Below are positions 22,316-35,104 of a stretch of DNA of 41,975 nt, piece after piece; within the stretch, counting starts at the first letter, position 1; each line of letters starts with the position of its first letter. The stretch is from Octopus bimaculoides. Lineage: Eukaryota. Both the position numbers and the translations under genes were made by a program. Below the pieces are notes generated by a model that was given only the letters and a program-made list of their open reading frames with translations, ran no database searches and was not told where the DNA came from. The DNA is taken from positions 29,328,087-29,370,061 of the forward strand of contig NC_068988.1 of assembly GCF_001194135.2 (NCBI RefSeq), in the 5' to 3' direction.

Positions 22316-22744
22316 CATGCATCACCAAACCTCTGTGTGTGAGTGTGTGTGTCTCCTTATCTTGACATTGCATGACAATTGGATAGAAATATCAGTTAGT
22401 TATGAAAGTAGGCTGTAATATGAAGATCTGGCCTTGTCACGGTAAACCCAGCTCGCTATAAGTGTGAATTTCTTCTACAGAGACTGACTCCCAAAGCAAT
22501 TTCAAGAACCAGGAGTATTAGCAACCCCAGAGGGTACTAAATTTCATTTCTATGGGTGCAAGGAATGTATAAAAAAACAAATTCAAATCAAACATCAATA
22601 ACTTTTGTTGCCAAAGAGATGAGAAACCTCACAAAATGAATTTTTCTCACTCATTCTCAAGACTAAAATCAAAACGCATGCTCGCACGCTAAATCTCCAT
22701 CAAATTATATTCAGTCTTTAAAAAAAAAGGAATAGAAGAACATC

Positions 22745-22985
22745 ATCATCCTTTTAACATCCACTTTTCTATGTTTGCATTGGTTGGATGGAGTTTATTG
22801 AGGCAAATGTTCTATGACTGGGTGCCCTTCCTGTCACCAAACCTCAACTGTTTCTGAGCAAGGAACTACTTCCCCATGGCCAGACATGTTTCCACAGAAT
22901 ACTGGAGATGAAGGACACTGCTTGTATGACAGTGACAATCATTTACAACCATCACGCAATGTCAAGACAAGGAGACATAAACACA
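22745..22985 (-). mobile_element. Family D repeat
   Basis: ttttaacatccacttttctatg..gtgcccttcctgtcaccaaacctc..ccatggccagacatgttt..tgtcaagacaaggagac. Confidence 0.75.
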
Positions 22986-23041
22986 CACCACACACCATTT
23001 GTTGTATACAGTATAGAGATGCAATGCTGTGGACACACATA

Positions 23042-23175
23042 TCTAGGCAAGTTTTTATAATGTGACTTGTGTCCCCAAACAATCTCCAGGCTTTCAGCAC
23101 GTGATTTATTCTATTTGTACCAGTGTCCAGATTTTCAAACAGATCATGAGCTTGTGCAATAAAAACCTGCCTAGA
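23042..23175. mobile_element. Small MITE-like element
   Basis: tctaggcaagttttta (23042-23057) and taaaaacctgcctaga (23160-23175) form a 15/16 inverted match. Confidence 0.4.
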
Positions 23176-23303
23176 CACATGTTTCCATGGCAAGAAACTA
23201 TTAGTGGTTTATAACTTCATACTGTGTAGATTAAATGATATTTATCTTTCACTAGATGGATTACCTTAACAAAGCAGTAAACTCTCCCTCTCTCATATAA
23301 ATT

Positions 23304-23346
<43 letters not shown>

Positions 23347-23356
23347 NNNNNNNNNN

Positions 23357-23424
<68 letters not shown>

Positions 23425-23429
23425 AACAC

Positions 23430-23598
23430 ACAATGGGTTTCTTTCAGTTTTCGTCTATCAAATCCACTTACAAGTCTTTGGTCAGCTCTAGGCTATAGTA
23501 GAAGACATTTGCCCAAGGTGCCGCACAATGAAATTGAACTTGAAACCATATGGGTGGGAAGTAAGCTTCTTAACCCCACGACCATGCCTACACCTATG
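23430..23598 (-). mobile_element. SINE family A head
   Basis: gggtttctttcagttttcgtctatcaaatcc..tagtagaagacatttgcccaaggtgccgc; abuts (TG)n/(CA)n. Confidence 0.75.
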
Positions 23599-25072
23599 CA
23601 TAGACATAGATTGAGACAGGATAGTCACATATGGAAAGGTTCCGATCAGTCAAAGCAAGCCCGCAGCTACTAAACATCAAAAACAACAACAGTGGGTATA
23701 TTAAATACCGTTTTAGCCACTAGAAACTCAAACAGAGACAGATCTATCACCAGCCAATATCTTTAATGTCTTCTATGTGTTCAATATTTCTGTCTTCACA
23801 CCCAAGAAATCTGTCTGCCAGCCAAACAATAAAATCATCATCTGCCATGGAAAAGATTCTCTCCAACTATTTAATATTGGAATGAGGTTTTTACATTAAT
23901 TTTCATTTTTGTTTTTTTACTTCTTTACGCGCAGCATTACTTGTTTTTTGTTTTTTTTGTTTTTGGTCTTTTTCTTTTTATTATTTCACTAAAACAATAA
24001 CTATGTTTATGTTGCAACAGAGTTTTGATTCATTTTATCTCCAGCATTCTTGATAAATAAATAAATAATTAAATAAATAAATAAATAAATATGAAGAGAA
24101 GAATCGTTTCTATTTAAATAAATAAAAAAAACAAACATTTTTTTCCAGTTCACCAGGCAAAACATGCAGATATGTGCACACACACATATACATACATAAA
24201 TACATACATACATACATACATACAGACATATGCACATATTTTAACGGTAAATAGGTAGAAACACTCAAATTCTAAGAGAGACTCATAAATATTGCATGCT
24301 ATAAAATATATAGTCAGAGACACATTCGAGTGAGAAAGAGAGAGTGGGAGAGAGACTGGAAGAAAGAGAGAGTAGGAGAGAGGCAGGGAGAAAGAGAGGG
24401 GTGTGCGTGCGTGCGTGCACAGAGATATACACAAAACATGTGAAGAAAAAAAAAAGTAAACATAAATACTAACACATATACAATGAGCATACAAATGTGT
24501 GTACACGTATGTGTATATATCTAAGCATACATACACNNNNNNNNNNNNNNNNNNNNNNNNNNNNNNNNNNNNNNNNNNNNNNNNNNNNNNNNNNNNNNNN
24601 NNNNNNNNNNNNNNNNNNNNNNNNNNNNNNNNNNNNNNNNNNNNNNNNNNNNNNNNNNNNNNNNNNNNNNNNNNNNNNNNNNNNNNNNNNNNNNNNNNNN
24701 NNNNNNNNNNNNNNNNNNNNNNNNNNNNNNNNNNNNNNNNNNNNNNNNNNNNNNNNNNNNNNNNNNNNNNNNNNNNNNNNNNNNNNNNNNNNNNNNNNNN
24801 NNNNNNNNNNNNNNNNNNNNNNNNNNNNNNNNNNNNNNNNNNNNNNNNNNNNNNNNNNNNNNNNNNNNNNNNNNNNNNNNNNNNNNNNNNNNNNNNNNNN
24901 NNNNNNNNNNNNNNNNNNNNNNNNNNNNNNNNNNNNNNNNNNNNNNNNNNNNNNNNNNNNNNNNNNNNNNNNNNNNNNNNNNNNNNNNNNNNNNNNNNNN
25001 NNNNNNNNNNNNNNNNNNNNNNNNNNNNNNNNNNNNNNNNNNNNNNNNNNNNNNNNNNNNNNNNNNNNNNNN

Positions 25073-25440
25073 GGTTAGGGCAGCGGACTCGCGGTCATAG
25101 GATCGCGGTTTTGATTCCCAGACCGGGCGTTGTGAGTGTTTATTGAGCGAAAACACCTAAAGCTCCACGAGGCTCCGGCAGGAGATGGTGGCGAACCCTG
25201 CTGTACTCTTCCACTACAACTTTCTCTCACTCTTACTTCCTGTTTCTGTTGTGCCTGTAATTCAAAGGGTCAGCCTTGTCACACTCTGTGTCACACTGAA
25301 TCACCCCAAGAACTACATTAAGGGTACATGTGTCTGTGGAGTGCTCAGCCACTTGCATGTTAATTTCACGAGCAGGCTGTTCTGTTGATCGGATCAACTG
25401 GAACCCGAGACGTCATAAGCGACGGAGTGCCAACAACAAA
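25073..25440 (+). mobile_element. SINE family F, second copy (5' end in gap)
   Basis: Aligns closely along its length with 15236-15595; followed by a degenerate (GAT/GGT)n tract to about 25605. Confidence 0.9.
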
Positions 25441-25749
25441 TGATGATGGTGATGATGACAGTGATAGCAACAATAGTGATGATAATAATTGTAGTGGTTA
25501 TGGTGATGATGATGATTATGGTGGTGATAGCGACGATGGTGATGGTATGGCTGTGTAGACGGTGATGGTGGTGTTTGAGGCAGCAATGATGATGATGTAT
25601 CAAGTACCCTAACATATGTTGGTCATTAATTAATGAATTAATTAATCATCACTCTTTGTCCCACCATTTCCCAATATTTTTATCAGGAAAATCTGTACAG
25701 CAAACAAATGACAGATACATTCATTATGTAATGTTTATTGAACAATTTA

Positions 25750-26030
25750 CTTTATCTTGAATAAATCTAACTCTTCTAAAAAAGTGTGCGAAAACACAAC
25801 CAGTCGATGATCCTTTGTGTGGGCCATCTGTGATTGCCTGCTGAGCGCAGTCTGTCTCCATTCTCAATGCTATCAGCCTTTATTTGCAATGATGTCAGCT
25901 TTTGTTCATAATGTTGGTTGGAAGAGAGCAGAATTTCATCCAACCTAGGTGAATGCCGATGTGATTGCTGGCAGCCAAAATAAAGAATATACTTCTCTGA
26001 AACCTGTCTTAGTCTTTACTCTACACTCTT
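25750..26030 (-). mobile_element. Possible decayed MULE-type transposase fragment
   Basis: About 80 open codons on the minus strand (..HSPRLDEILLSSNQHYEQKLTSLQIKADSIENG..). Only weak recalled resemblance to Mutator-like transposases; adjacent to a subterminal-type array. Confidence 0.25.
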
Positions 26031-26199
26031 ACATGTGGTGCTATGTCTTTTTGTATAATGTCACTTTGTCAAACATCTTTTCGTCCACGTCTTTTGGTCA
26101 AACAAATCCTATCTATAAAATTCTTGGTTATTGTTTGATTTTGATTCTCACCTTGTTTTCTAAAGAGTTTATTTAAAATTGGACAGAAAGTCGAACAAA

Positions 26200-26840
26200 A
26201 AAAATTACTGGACAAAAAGATGTCCAAAAGACATGGACAAAGTGATGTTGGACGAAGTGACGTGTTGGGCGAAGTGACGTTCGACAAAGTGACGTTCGAC
26301 AAAGTGACGTTCGACAAAGTGACGTTCGACAAAGTGANNNNNNNNNNNNNNNNNNNNNNNNNNNNNNNNNNNNNNNNNNNNNNNNNNNNNNNNNNNNNNN
26401 NNNNNNNNNNNNNNNNNNNNNNNNNNNNNNNNNNNNNNNNNNNNNNNNNNNNNNNNNNNNNNNNNNNNNNNNNNNNNNNNNNNNNNNNNNNNNNNNNNNN
26501 NNNNNNNNNNNNNNNNNNNNNNNNNNNNNNNNNNNNNNNNNNNNNNNNNNNNNNNNNNNNNNNNNNNNNNNNNNNNNNNNNNNNNNNNNNNNNNNNNNNN
26601 NNNNNNNNNNNNNNNNNNNNNNNNNNNNNNNNNNNNNNNNNNNNNNNNNNNNNNNNNNNNNNNNNNNNNNNNNNNNNNNNNNNNNNNNNNNNNNNNNNNN
26701 NNNNNNNGACGTTGGACAAAGTGACGTTGGACAAAGTGACGTTGGACAAAGTGACGTTGGGCAAAGTGACGTTGGCCAAAATGACGTTGGACAAAATGAC
26801 GTTGGACAAAATGACGTTGGACAAAATGACATTGGGCAGG
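26200..26840. repeat. 15-bp tandem array (GTGACGTTSGACAAA) spanning a gap
   Basis: Units gtgacgttcgacaaa left of the gap; gtgacgttggacaaa and atgacgttggacaaa right of it; one inverted unit at 26057-26074. Confidence 0.9.
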
Positions 26841-26944
26841 TTTTCATTGAACAGATTAAACTCAGGACTTGTCTTGAGAGGCTGGTAGTTATTCTATCGG
26901 TTCCATTTCCCAAAACCACTGAGATGCAGCTTGGTTTTAGGATC

Positions 26945-27170
26945 TCAATTAACATCCACTTTTCCATACTTGCATGGGTGGAACAAAGTTTATTGAGGCA
27001 GATTTTCTATAGCTGGAAGCCCTTCCTGCTGCCAACCCTCATCTGTTTCCAAGCAAGCTAATATGTTCTCATGTCCAGACATGTTTCCACAGGATACTAA
27101 AAATTAGTGACACTGCTTGTATGACAAGCACACTCATTTTCCAAGTACCACATGACGTCAAGACACAAAC
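26945..27170 (-). mobile_element. Family D repeat
   Basis: ttaacatccacttttccatacttgcatggg..gaggcagattttctatagctgg..ccagacatgtttcc. Confidence 0.75.
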
Positions 27171-27314
27171 ACACACACACACACACAAATGCACACACTT
27201 TTAAACCTGACACTTATTCTATCAGTCTCTTTTGCTGAACTAAGTGATGGGGATATAAACACACAAACACCAGTTGTCGAGCAGTGGAAGGGGACAAACA
27301 CAGACATGAAGACA

Positions 27315-27565
27315 TCTGGTAATCATCCAAGGGTCCCCTCCATCATAAAAGCAAGAAGACTGATATTCTGTGGACACTTCTTTTGTAGCAAAGATAAAGT
27401 AAAGGTTCAAATGCTGATGCGGGAAGCAGCACACAGAAAGCCACCTAGGGGTCATCCTGCTAGGACATGTACTGACCAATTGGTTAAGGACTTGGGTCTA
27501 CTGAAGAGATACCTACTAAGAACAATACAAGCCAGAGATTTCTGAAGAGAAATGGTCAAAGGTAC
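27315..27565 (+). mobile_element. RTE-like LINE ORF C-terminal fragment
   Basis: IIKARRLIFCGHFF..RKPPRGHPARTCTDQLVKDLGL..TIQARDF*REMV resembles the RRLxxxGH..RGRPxxTxxDxxxxD..DRxxWR terminus of RTE-clade ORFs. Confidence 0.7.
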
Positions 27566-27769
27566 TTGTCTACAGACAACATCGTGATAATATATGTATT
27601 CCTCTCAAGTGTTGAGCTACACGGAGGCAAAGTGGCTGAGTTCATTTCGAGCATTGGGCCTCATGGAGGCAATGACCGTGACCTTTGGCATTATGTTGTG
27701 CTTGAGAAGAAGACTCATCAAGCCAAGCAAAATCAGTCATGGCAGATACTGGTGTCATGCAAATGGCAC

Positions 27770-27955
27770 CCATGCCTGTGGCACATAAAAGCACCCATTA
27801 CACTCTTAGAATGGTTGGCATTAGGAAGGGCATCCAGCTGTAGAAAACGATGCCAAATCAGACTGCAGTCTGGTACAGCCTTCCAGCTTGCCAGTTCCGG
27901 TCAAACTGTCCAACCCCTGCTAGCATGGACAACGGACATTAAATGATGATGATGA
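27770..27955 (+). mobile_element. Family C repeat
   Basis: ggcacataaaagcacccattacactc..ttaggaagggcatccagctgtagaaa..gcatggacaacggacattaaatgatgatgat. Confidence 0.8.
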
Positions 27956-28004
27956 TATGTGTGTGTTTGAGAGAGTGTGTACGTGTTTGTGTCTCCTTGT
28001 CTTG

Positions 28005-28168
28005 AGAGGCTTCTTTCAGTTTCCATTTACCAAATCCAAATCCATTCACAACACTTTGGCCAACCCAAGGATATAGGAGAAGACACTTGCCCATGATCCC
28101 ATGCAGTGAGACTGAACCCAGAACCAGGAGATTGGAAATCAAACTGCTTAACCACACAGCCAAGCCAG
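28005..28168 (-). mobile_element. SINE family A head
   Basis: ggcttctttcagtttcc..gaagacacttgccc..actgaaccc..ttaaccacacagcc. Confidence 0.75.
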
Positions 28169-28754
28169 TCTCTAAATTCTCCACTTTGTCTATACACACA
28201 TTGGCATTGGATTTTGTTTTGTTTGGTTTGTTTTAATGTTTTGCTGGTTTCTTTCCTCCACAAGAGAATTAAGGATTAGCCACATAGTTGTCTTGTCAAA
28301 GAATTACAAATACAATAGGAATTCAGTTTATCAGTGGATTATAAATATCAGTATAAACATGAACTAATTAATCATTAAACAAATAAACAGAAGGAATTCT
28401 AATCCATTCCATTCTGGTCTGGCTCTCAAGTATTATAATAAAATAATATAAATTCATTTATATGCATTGTTCAGCATCAACAACAGTCTGACTAGAGTGA
28501 TGTCATTCTAAACAGCTTTCTACATCCCATCATTGTCATATACATTGATGTCTCATAGACACTTGTCTATGAGATTATGACTTAATGCTTGAGATGGTTA
28601 CGTATAGGCTGGTAACTGGTATTATTTATTTTAAATCAGAAGGTATAGCTATGCGGTAAGAAGTTTGCTTACCAATCACATGGTTTCAAGTTCAACTCCA
28701 CTGTGTGGCAACTGTGGCAAGTATCTTCTACTATAGTTCCGACTCAACCAGAGC

Positions 28755-29095
28755 CACGCTCAAAATGGTGTTTTTTACGTGCCACCTACACAGGAGCCAA
28801 TCCAACGGCACTGACAATGACCTTGCTCGAATGTTTTCTAAAGTGCCACTGGCACAAGTGCCAGTAGGGTGACGCTGGTAACGATCATGCCCAAATGGTG
28901 CTATTTATGTGCCATTGGCACAGAAGCCAGACAGCTGCTCTGGCAATGATCACGCTCAGATGGTGCTGTTAGTACTCCACTGGCACAGGTACCAGTCATC
29001 GAATATGGTTCAATTACGATTTCGATTTCACTTGCCCCAATAGGTCTTCGCAAGCAGAGTTTAGTGTCCACTAAAGGAGAGGTTGGCATGGTTGC
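28755..29095 (-). mobile_element. Family C internal region with tandem sub-repeats
   Basis: Repeated gccacgctcaaaatggtg..tacgtgcca..gcacaggagcca units. Confidence 0.65.
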
Positions 29096-29209
29096 CAGTT
29101 GTCGAATTTGGTTCGATTTTGATAGACATCATCCTATCTAATTTATTATGTTATCAAAAAAATATAACAACCATTGGGGATATATTTAGTGATGTCTGTA
29201 ATTTATGGA

Positions 29210-29258
<49 letters not shown>

Positions 29259-29589
29259 ATTTACCATGTGAACTACAATAAAAAAAATATGAGAAAGATA
29301 TGGCATAAATATTTTTGGGGCAGGGGATCCTTGAGATATGCAATTTATTTTTAAGGGTTATGCAAGGGTAAAAAGGTTGAGAAACACTGGGTTAGATGAA
29401 TATATTAATGAGGCATTGTTTTACATATGGATGCTCTCCCTGCCACTAACCCTTAACTGTTTTGAAGTAAAGGATAATATATTCCCCATGTTTCTGAAGG
29501 CACAAAGCAAAAGGATAATGTGTTGACAAGTGAAACAACACTTGCTTGCAGCAAGCGTCTTTCCTTGAGCACACACACACACACACAAG

Positions 29590-30035
29590 TGCCTGCATGA
29601 CTGTGCAGGTTAAGAAGTCTGCTTCCCAACCAGATGGTTTGGGGTTCAGTCCCACTGCATGGCACCTTACAAAATATCTTCTACTATAGCCCTAGGTCAA
29701 CCAATGACTTGGGAGTGAATTTGGTAGATGGAAACTGTGTAGAAGCCCATCATACATATGTATGCATGTGCCCTAGGTCAACCAATGACTTGGGAGTGAA
29801 TTTGGTAGATGGAAACTGTGTGGAAGCCCATCATACAAACGCATGCATGTGCGTGTATCTTTGCATTTGTGTTTCCACCTGACAACTGGTGTTGCTTTGT
29901 TTATATCCCCATAACTTAGTCGTTCGGCAAAGAAGACTGATAAGATAAGTAGTGGCATGGATTTGTTCGACTAAAACCTTTCAGGGTGGTGCCCCAGCAT
30001 GGCCACACTCTAATGAGTGAAACAAGTAAAAGACA
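29590..30035 (+). mobile_element. Bipartite SINE A-B with internal 81-bp tandem duplication
   Basis: Head, then duplicated unit 29689-29769 / 29770-29850, then B tail ending gaaacaagtaaaaga. Confidence 0.8.
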
Positions 30036-30227
30036 GAGATTTTTGCATTTCGCTTAAATCGTTAACTGATTAGATGCATAAAAATAATTAGAATTTAATC
30101 ATCAGTATCATCTCATCTTTAAACTTGGTAAGCTGCTGCTGCTGCTGCTGCTACTGCACATTAGAAAGAAATAAAGTGTAACCGTGTATAAATTGCAGAG
30201 GTCATGATGTAAATGAAACTATTTGTA

Positions 30228-30264
<37 letters not shown>

Positions 30265-30279
30265 AAACACATAAATATC

Positions 30280-30854
30280 TAAGTATATAACACACAAATA
30301 CATACATACAAAACACACGCACACAAATATATACATATAACATATGCACAAATACATATATAACATACACACACACATATACAAACATAACATACACACA
30401 CGTATATGTACATAACATACACACACATATACATACATTACATACACATATATATACATACATTACATACACACATATATACATACATAACATACATATA
30501 CACATACATAACATACATATACATACATTACACACACACACATATACATACATTACACACACACACATATACATACATTACATACACACACATATACATA
30601 TATTACATACACATATACATACATTACATACACATATACATACATTACATACACATATACATACATTACACACACACACATATATACATACATTACATAC
30701 ACACATATACATACATTACATACACACACACATACATACATTACATACACACACATATACATACATTATATACACACATATATACATTACATATATTACA
30801 TACATAAATACACACATACATTACATACACTTGCACATATACATTACAAGCGTG

Positions 30855-30899
<45 letters not shown>

Positions 30900-30905
30900 A
30901 CACAC
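30280..30905. repeat. Degenerate ~21-bp minisatellite (cattacatacacatatacata) built from AC/AT
   Basis: Exact 21-nt units near 30620-30670; longer variants elsewhere. Confidence 0.85.
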
Positions 30906-30970
30906 AATAGTATAACATGAACTATATACCATCATCACATGATCAGTAATTCTAAATAAAATGCTAATCA

Positions 30971-31001
<31 letters not shown>

Positions 31002-31340
31002 ATATCAGTTTTACTGATAACAATTTAGATTTAATTTACAATCCTAAAATGATAAGTCACAGCTATTTTATTGGCTTGAAATAACAATTTCATTAAAAAA
31101 AATTTGTCCACAAAGGAAGAAATTAGTGTTACATCATCATAAAATATTCGCAAGTTACAGGCTTCCCTTTTTTCGAAATCTTCATCTTGGCTTTTGGTTA
31201 TACAAAATTTAATCCTTTAAGTATCTTCCCTACATATGAACGACTACTTTCTGGAATAAATAAAATTTATAAGTAAATGTACAGGCTCCCATTCATACGT
31301 ATTGCATTTCGCTGTGAAATCAGAGTTACAAGGGAGTTTG

Positions 31341-31344
<4 letters not shown>

Positions 31345-31378
<34 letters not shown>

Positions 31379-31510
31379 GTTTAACGTCTGCTGTCCATGC
31401 TAGCATGGGTTGGACAATCTGACTGAGGACTGGCAAGCCAGATGGCTGTACCAGACTCCAATCTGATCTGGCAGAGTTTCTACAGCTGGATGCCCTTCCT
31501 AATGCCAACA
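31345..31510 (-). mobile_element. Family C 3' tail with (CAT)n
   Basis: (cat)n cgtttaacgtctgctgtccatgctagcatggg..gatgcccttcctaatgccaac. Confidence 0.8.
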
Positions 31511-31534
31511 GTAAACTACTGAATATAAACACCA

Positions 31535-31915
31535 TCCTTTATCTGTTTCAGTCAGTGAACTGTGGCCATACTGGGGCACTGCCTTGAAGGATTTTACTCT
31601 AAGAAGTTGCTCCTAGTATTGATGCATTTTTAAAGTTTGGTACCTTTTTTTTTTTCTATAGCAGTCTCTGTTGCCAAACTATTAAGTTACATGGACATAA
31701 ACAAACCAACACCAGTTGTTGGATAGTGGCCAGAAGTGGGGCAAACACACACACACAGGCTTCTACATGGTTTCTGGCTACCGAATTCAATTGAAGGGCA
31801 TAGGTTGACCCAGAGTTATAGTAGAAGACGCTTACCCAAAGTGCTGCATAGTGGGACTGAAACCAAAGCCACACGGCTGCAATGCAGGCTTCTTAACCAC
31901 ACAGCCATGCTTCTA
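31535..31915 (-). mobile_element. Bipartite SINE A-(CA)n-B
   Basis: B (ggccatactggggcac..aagttacatggacataaacaaacc), then (CA)n, then A (tagtagaagacgcttaccc..ttaaccacacagccatgc). Confidence 0.7.
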
Positions 31916-32374
31916 AACACTATTAACAGCTAGAGTTTTAGCACTTCCATTATAAAAACAAATCAACATTGAGAACTGTGACAGGAAATATAAACTATCA
32001 TGAAGAGTTTATTAATTTTCTAGTCACTATTAGACATTGAATGCACAGGTCTTTGTTTGTTTGTTTGTCTTTTTTTATAACTATACCAATGAAATTCTAG
32101 GTTAACTTTCCGTGAAACAACTGACGGTCAATAAAGTTAAGTAGCTTCTGACTCTGTTATTAATTAAAAAGTTGTTTTTTTTAAAATCACAGTAACCAAG
32201 GAAGCTGGTAACAGTCTGTGTAAACATAAAATGGTTTTAATAATTTTAAAATAAAGTAAGTTTATGAGGAGTATAAACTCTTTAACCCGTTTGATACCAA
32301 CCAGGCTGAAACCGCCTTTAAATTTTCATTAAAACAGGAAATTTGTATCAGAGATCCAATGTGTTCTCAGTGGC

Positions 32375-32727
32375 ATTGGTACTAAAGGCGCTGCAGCCAT
32401 GCTGGGGCACCTTCTTGAAGAGATTAAACAAATTGACCCCAGTACTAAGTTTTTTAAAGCCTGCTACTTATTCTATCGGCCTCTTTTGTTGGACTGTTAA
32501 GTTACAGAGGTATAAACAAACCAACACTGGTTGCCAAGCGATAGTACAGGACAAATACAAATACACACACACAAGATAGGCTTCTTTCAGTTTCCATCTA
32601 CCAAATTCACTCACAAGGTAATGGTTGGCCCAGAGGTATAGGAGAAGACATTTGTTCCAGGTACCACACAGTGGGACTGAACCCAAAACTATGTGGTTGC
32701 AAAGCAAGTTTCTTAACCACACAGCCA
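32375..32727 (-). mobile_element. Bipartite SINE A-(CA)n-B
   Basis: Same order of parts as 31535-31915. Confidence 0.75.
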
Positions 32728-33712
32728 TTTATTTAGAAATATAATGGACCCCCAGATGCCCACCCACCAGTTCTCTGTAAAACATCTTCTAAATGGAGAA
32801 AACTGATGACACAGCACTTTTAAAAGACATGGTTCAATGCTGGGAAACGAAGACAAATTATAGAACACTCATATTGTTTCTGACTATTGAGAACAGTCGG
32901 AACTAGATCAATAGATTAATAGGGAAGGGTTTCGATTGATTATATTAGATGTCTTGCACCAGGGTCATTATTTTACAATAGCAAATTAGTATATAAACAT
33001 CTGTATTTTGGCAAAAAAAAACTGAGATTGAAATCTTTCTCTTTGTTTTTGAATGCAAAGTGAAAGTGAAAAATGTTCTTGGATCTTATTTAGCTGGAAT
33101 TTGAGAGGGGTGGGGGAGAAAGAGAAAAATGATGGAAAAGAATAAATTATATAAATTGTTTTTTTACAAGTGCCAATGCAACAGAGAGATTTAGTCAACT
33201 ACTGAGATATAGTGAGTATATATACAGCATCAAGTTTATCTCTGAACACATATGTGCATACATACATACATACACATGTACATCACAAAAGAAATATACA
33301 TGCACTAACGACTTACAAGTACAAGCACACACACACACACACACATGCAAATGTGCACACACATATATATATATATATATATATGTAATGAATGAACTCT
33401 ATACATATTGAATACATTTTTCAATTATTACTTTTTCATCCTAACATGTGTGTGTGTGTGTGTGTGTGTGAGTGTGTATTTACATGATTGAGAGACAGAT
33501 GGAAAGATGAAGCAAAGGAGATTGCATGGTAACTTAAATAGATGCAGACAGGTAGGTGTGTGTATGTGTGTGTGTATGTGAATACATGTATAAATGCATT
33601 TGTGTAAATATGAATTTATATATATATATATGTATGTGTGTGTACACATGTATAAATGTATTTGTGCATATGTGAATATATATATGTGTGTGCATTTGTG
33701 TGTGTGTGTGTG

Positions 33713-33766
<54 letters not shown>

Positions 33767-34187
33767 TATACACAGAGAGTGAAAGATGCACATACACACA
33801 CAAACAGACAGACACTACACATATGTAAACACATTTTCACATCCTTTTGATTAAATACCAATCTAAGAACAACGACAGAAACTTATGGTATCGAGGATGG
33901 AAGAATCAATGAATGTACAGAAAACTTAAAGAGAATAAGGAAAACCACAGGAAGTTTCAAAACCTAATGAGGAGAGAAAAAAACAAAAAAAAACTTTCAC
34001 TTCAAGAGGTTATGTTCTTATTTCCAAGAATTTCGGTATTTGTAGCAAAAGAAGAAATGAAAGAGAGAGAAAGAAATTAATAAAAACAAATAAGAAATCA
34101 ATCATTATTCATCCAAACTAGCTTTACCATTTCTTCATGTAAACATTATTCTTAGAGTAAATTGTTACTTCCTAAATATAGTTTCAG

Positions 34188-34251
34188 AAGAAGGAAAGGA
34201 AATCACGTACACAAAGAAATGGGTGGAGGTTAAGAATTTCACTTATTTTGG
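34188..34251 (+). CDS. Candidate 64-nt exon (EGKEITYTKKWVEVKNFTYFG) or LINE RT debris
   Basis: gtttcag | exon | TGG gtaaga. The FTYFG string also recalls the FxYLG motif of non-LTR RTs. Confidence 0.2.
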
Positions 34252-34627
34252 GTAAGAACTTAAGTGTTAATGTAGTTAGTAGACTTGATAAAATATTGGT
34301 TAATATCAATGGATACGAAAGTTTTGAAGCAGTAACTTAGTTTAAAAGGTTTGGCTGCAACAATGGTTAAGGAATTGGTAGTGCATTCTGCATTGAAATT
34401 AATTTGGTTGATCTTTTGTAACAGAAGAATGATTCCAAGGAGAGATTATCATGTTAGAAAATGTTTCAACTCGACTTTGAGGTTGTTATGTAACAATACA
34501 AAACATTTTAATATTTTGAAGTCTGCTACCTATTCTATTGGTCGCTTTTGCCACACTGCTAAGTCATGAGGACATAAACAAACCAACACCTGTTGTCAAG
34601 CGATGGTAGGGAGCAAATACAAAGACA

Positions 34628-34668
<41 letters not shown>

Positions 34669-34689
34669 TATATATACATATACATGTGC

Positions 34690-34955
34690 TGTTTGGCTCC
34701 CATGCTGGTGGCACATAAAAAGCTCTTTTTGAACATGATTGATGCCAGGGCCACCTAACTGGCTCCTGTGCCAGTGGCAAGTAAAAAGCACCCACTTCAC
34801 TCTCGGAGTGGTTGGCGTTAGGAAGGGCATCCAGCTGTAAAAACACTGCCAGATCAGATTGGAGCCTGATGCAGCCACTGGCTCTCCAGACCTCAGTCAA
34901 ACCGTCAAACCCATGCCAGCATGGAAAAACAGACGTTAAACGATGATGATGATAT
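34690..34955 (+). mobile_element. Family C repeat
   Basis: aaaagcacccacttcactctcggagtggttggcgttaggaagggcatccagctg..gacgttaaacgatgatgat. Confidence 0.85.
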
Positions 34956-35014
34956 CATCATCATCATTGTTGTTTAAAATCCACCTTCCAAGCTGACATG
35001 GAACATGCATACAT

Positions 35015-35076
<62 letters not shown>

Positions 35077-35104
35077 GTCTGTGTGTATACATACATACAC
35101 AGAC

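Noticed and set aside
26069-26967. 222-264-aa ORFs with pentapeptide repeats (VTLSN, PTSLC, VTLDK); CRISPR-like array
   Set aside because: They are translations of a 15-bp tandem repeat across a gap. There are no spacers and the context is eukaryotic, so it is not CRISPR.
28551-28574. 10-bp perfect hairpin tctcatagac/gtctatgaga
   Set aside because: Too short to exceed chance in 42 kb of AT-rich DNA without other support.
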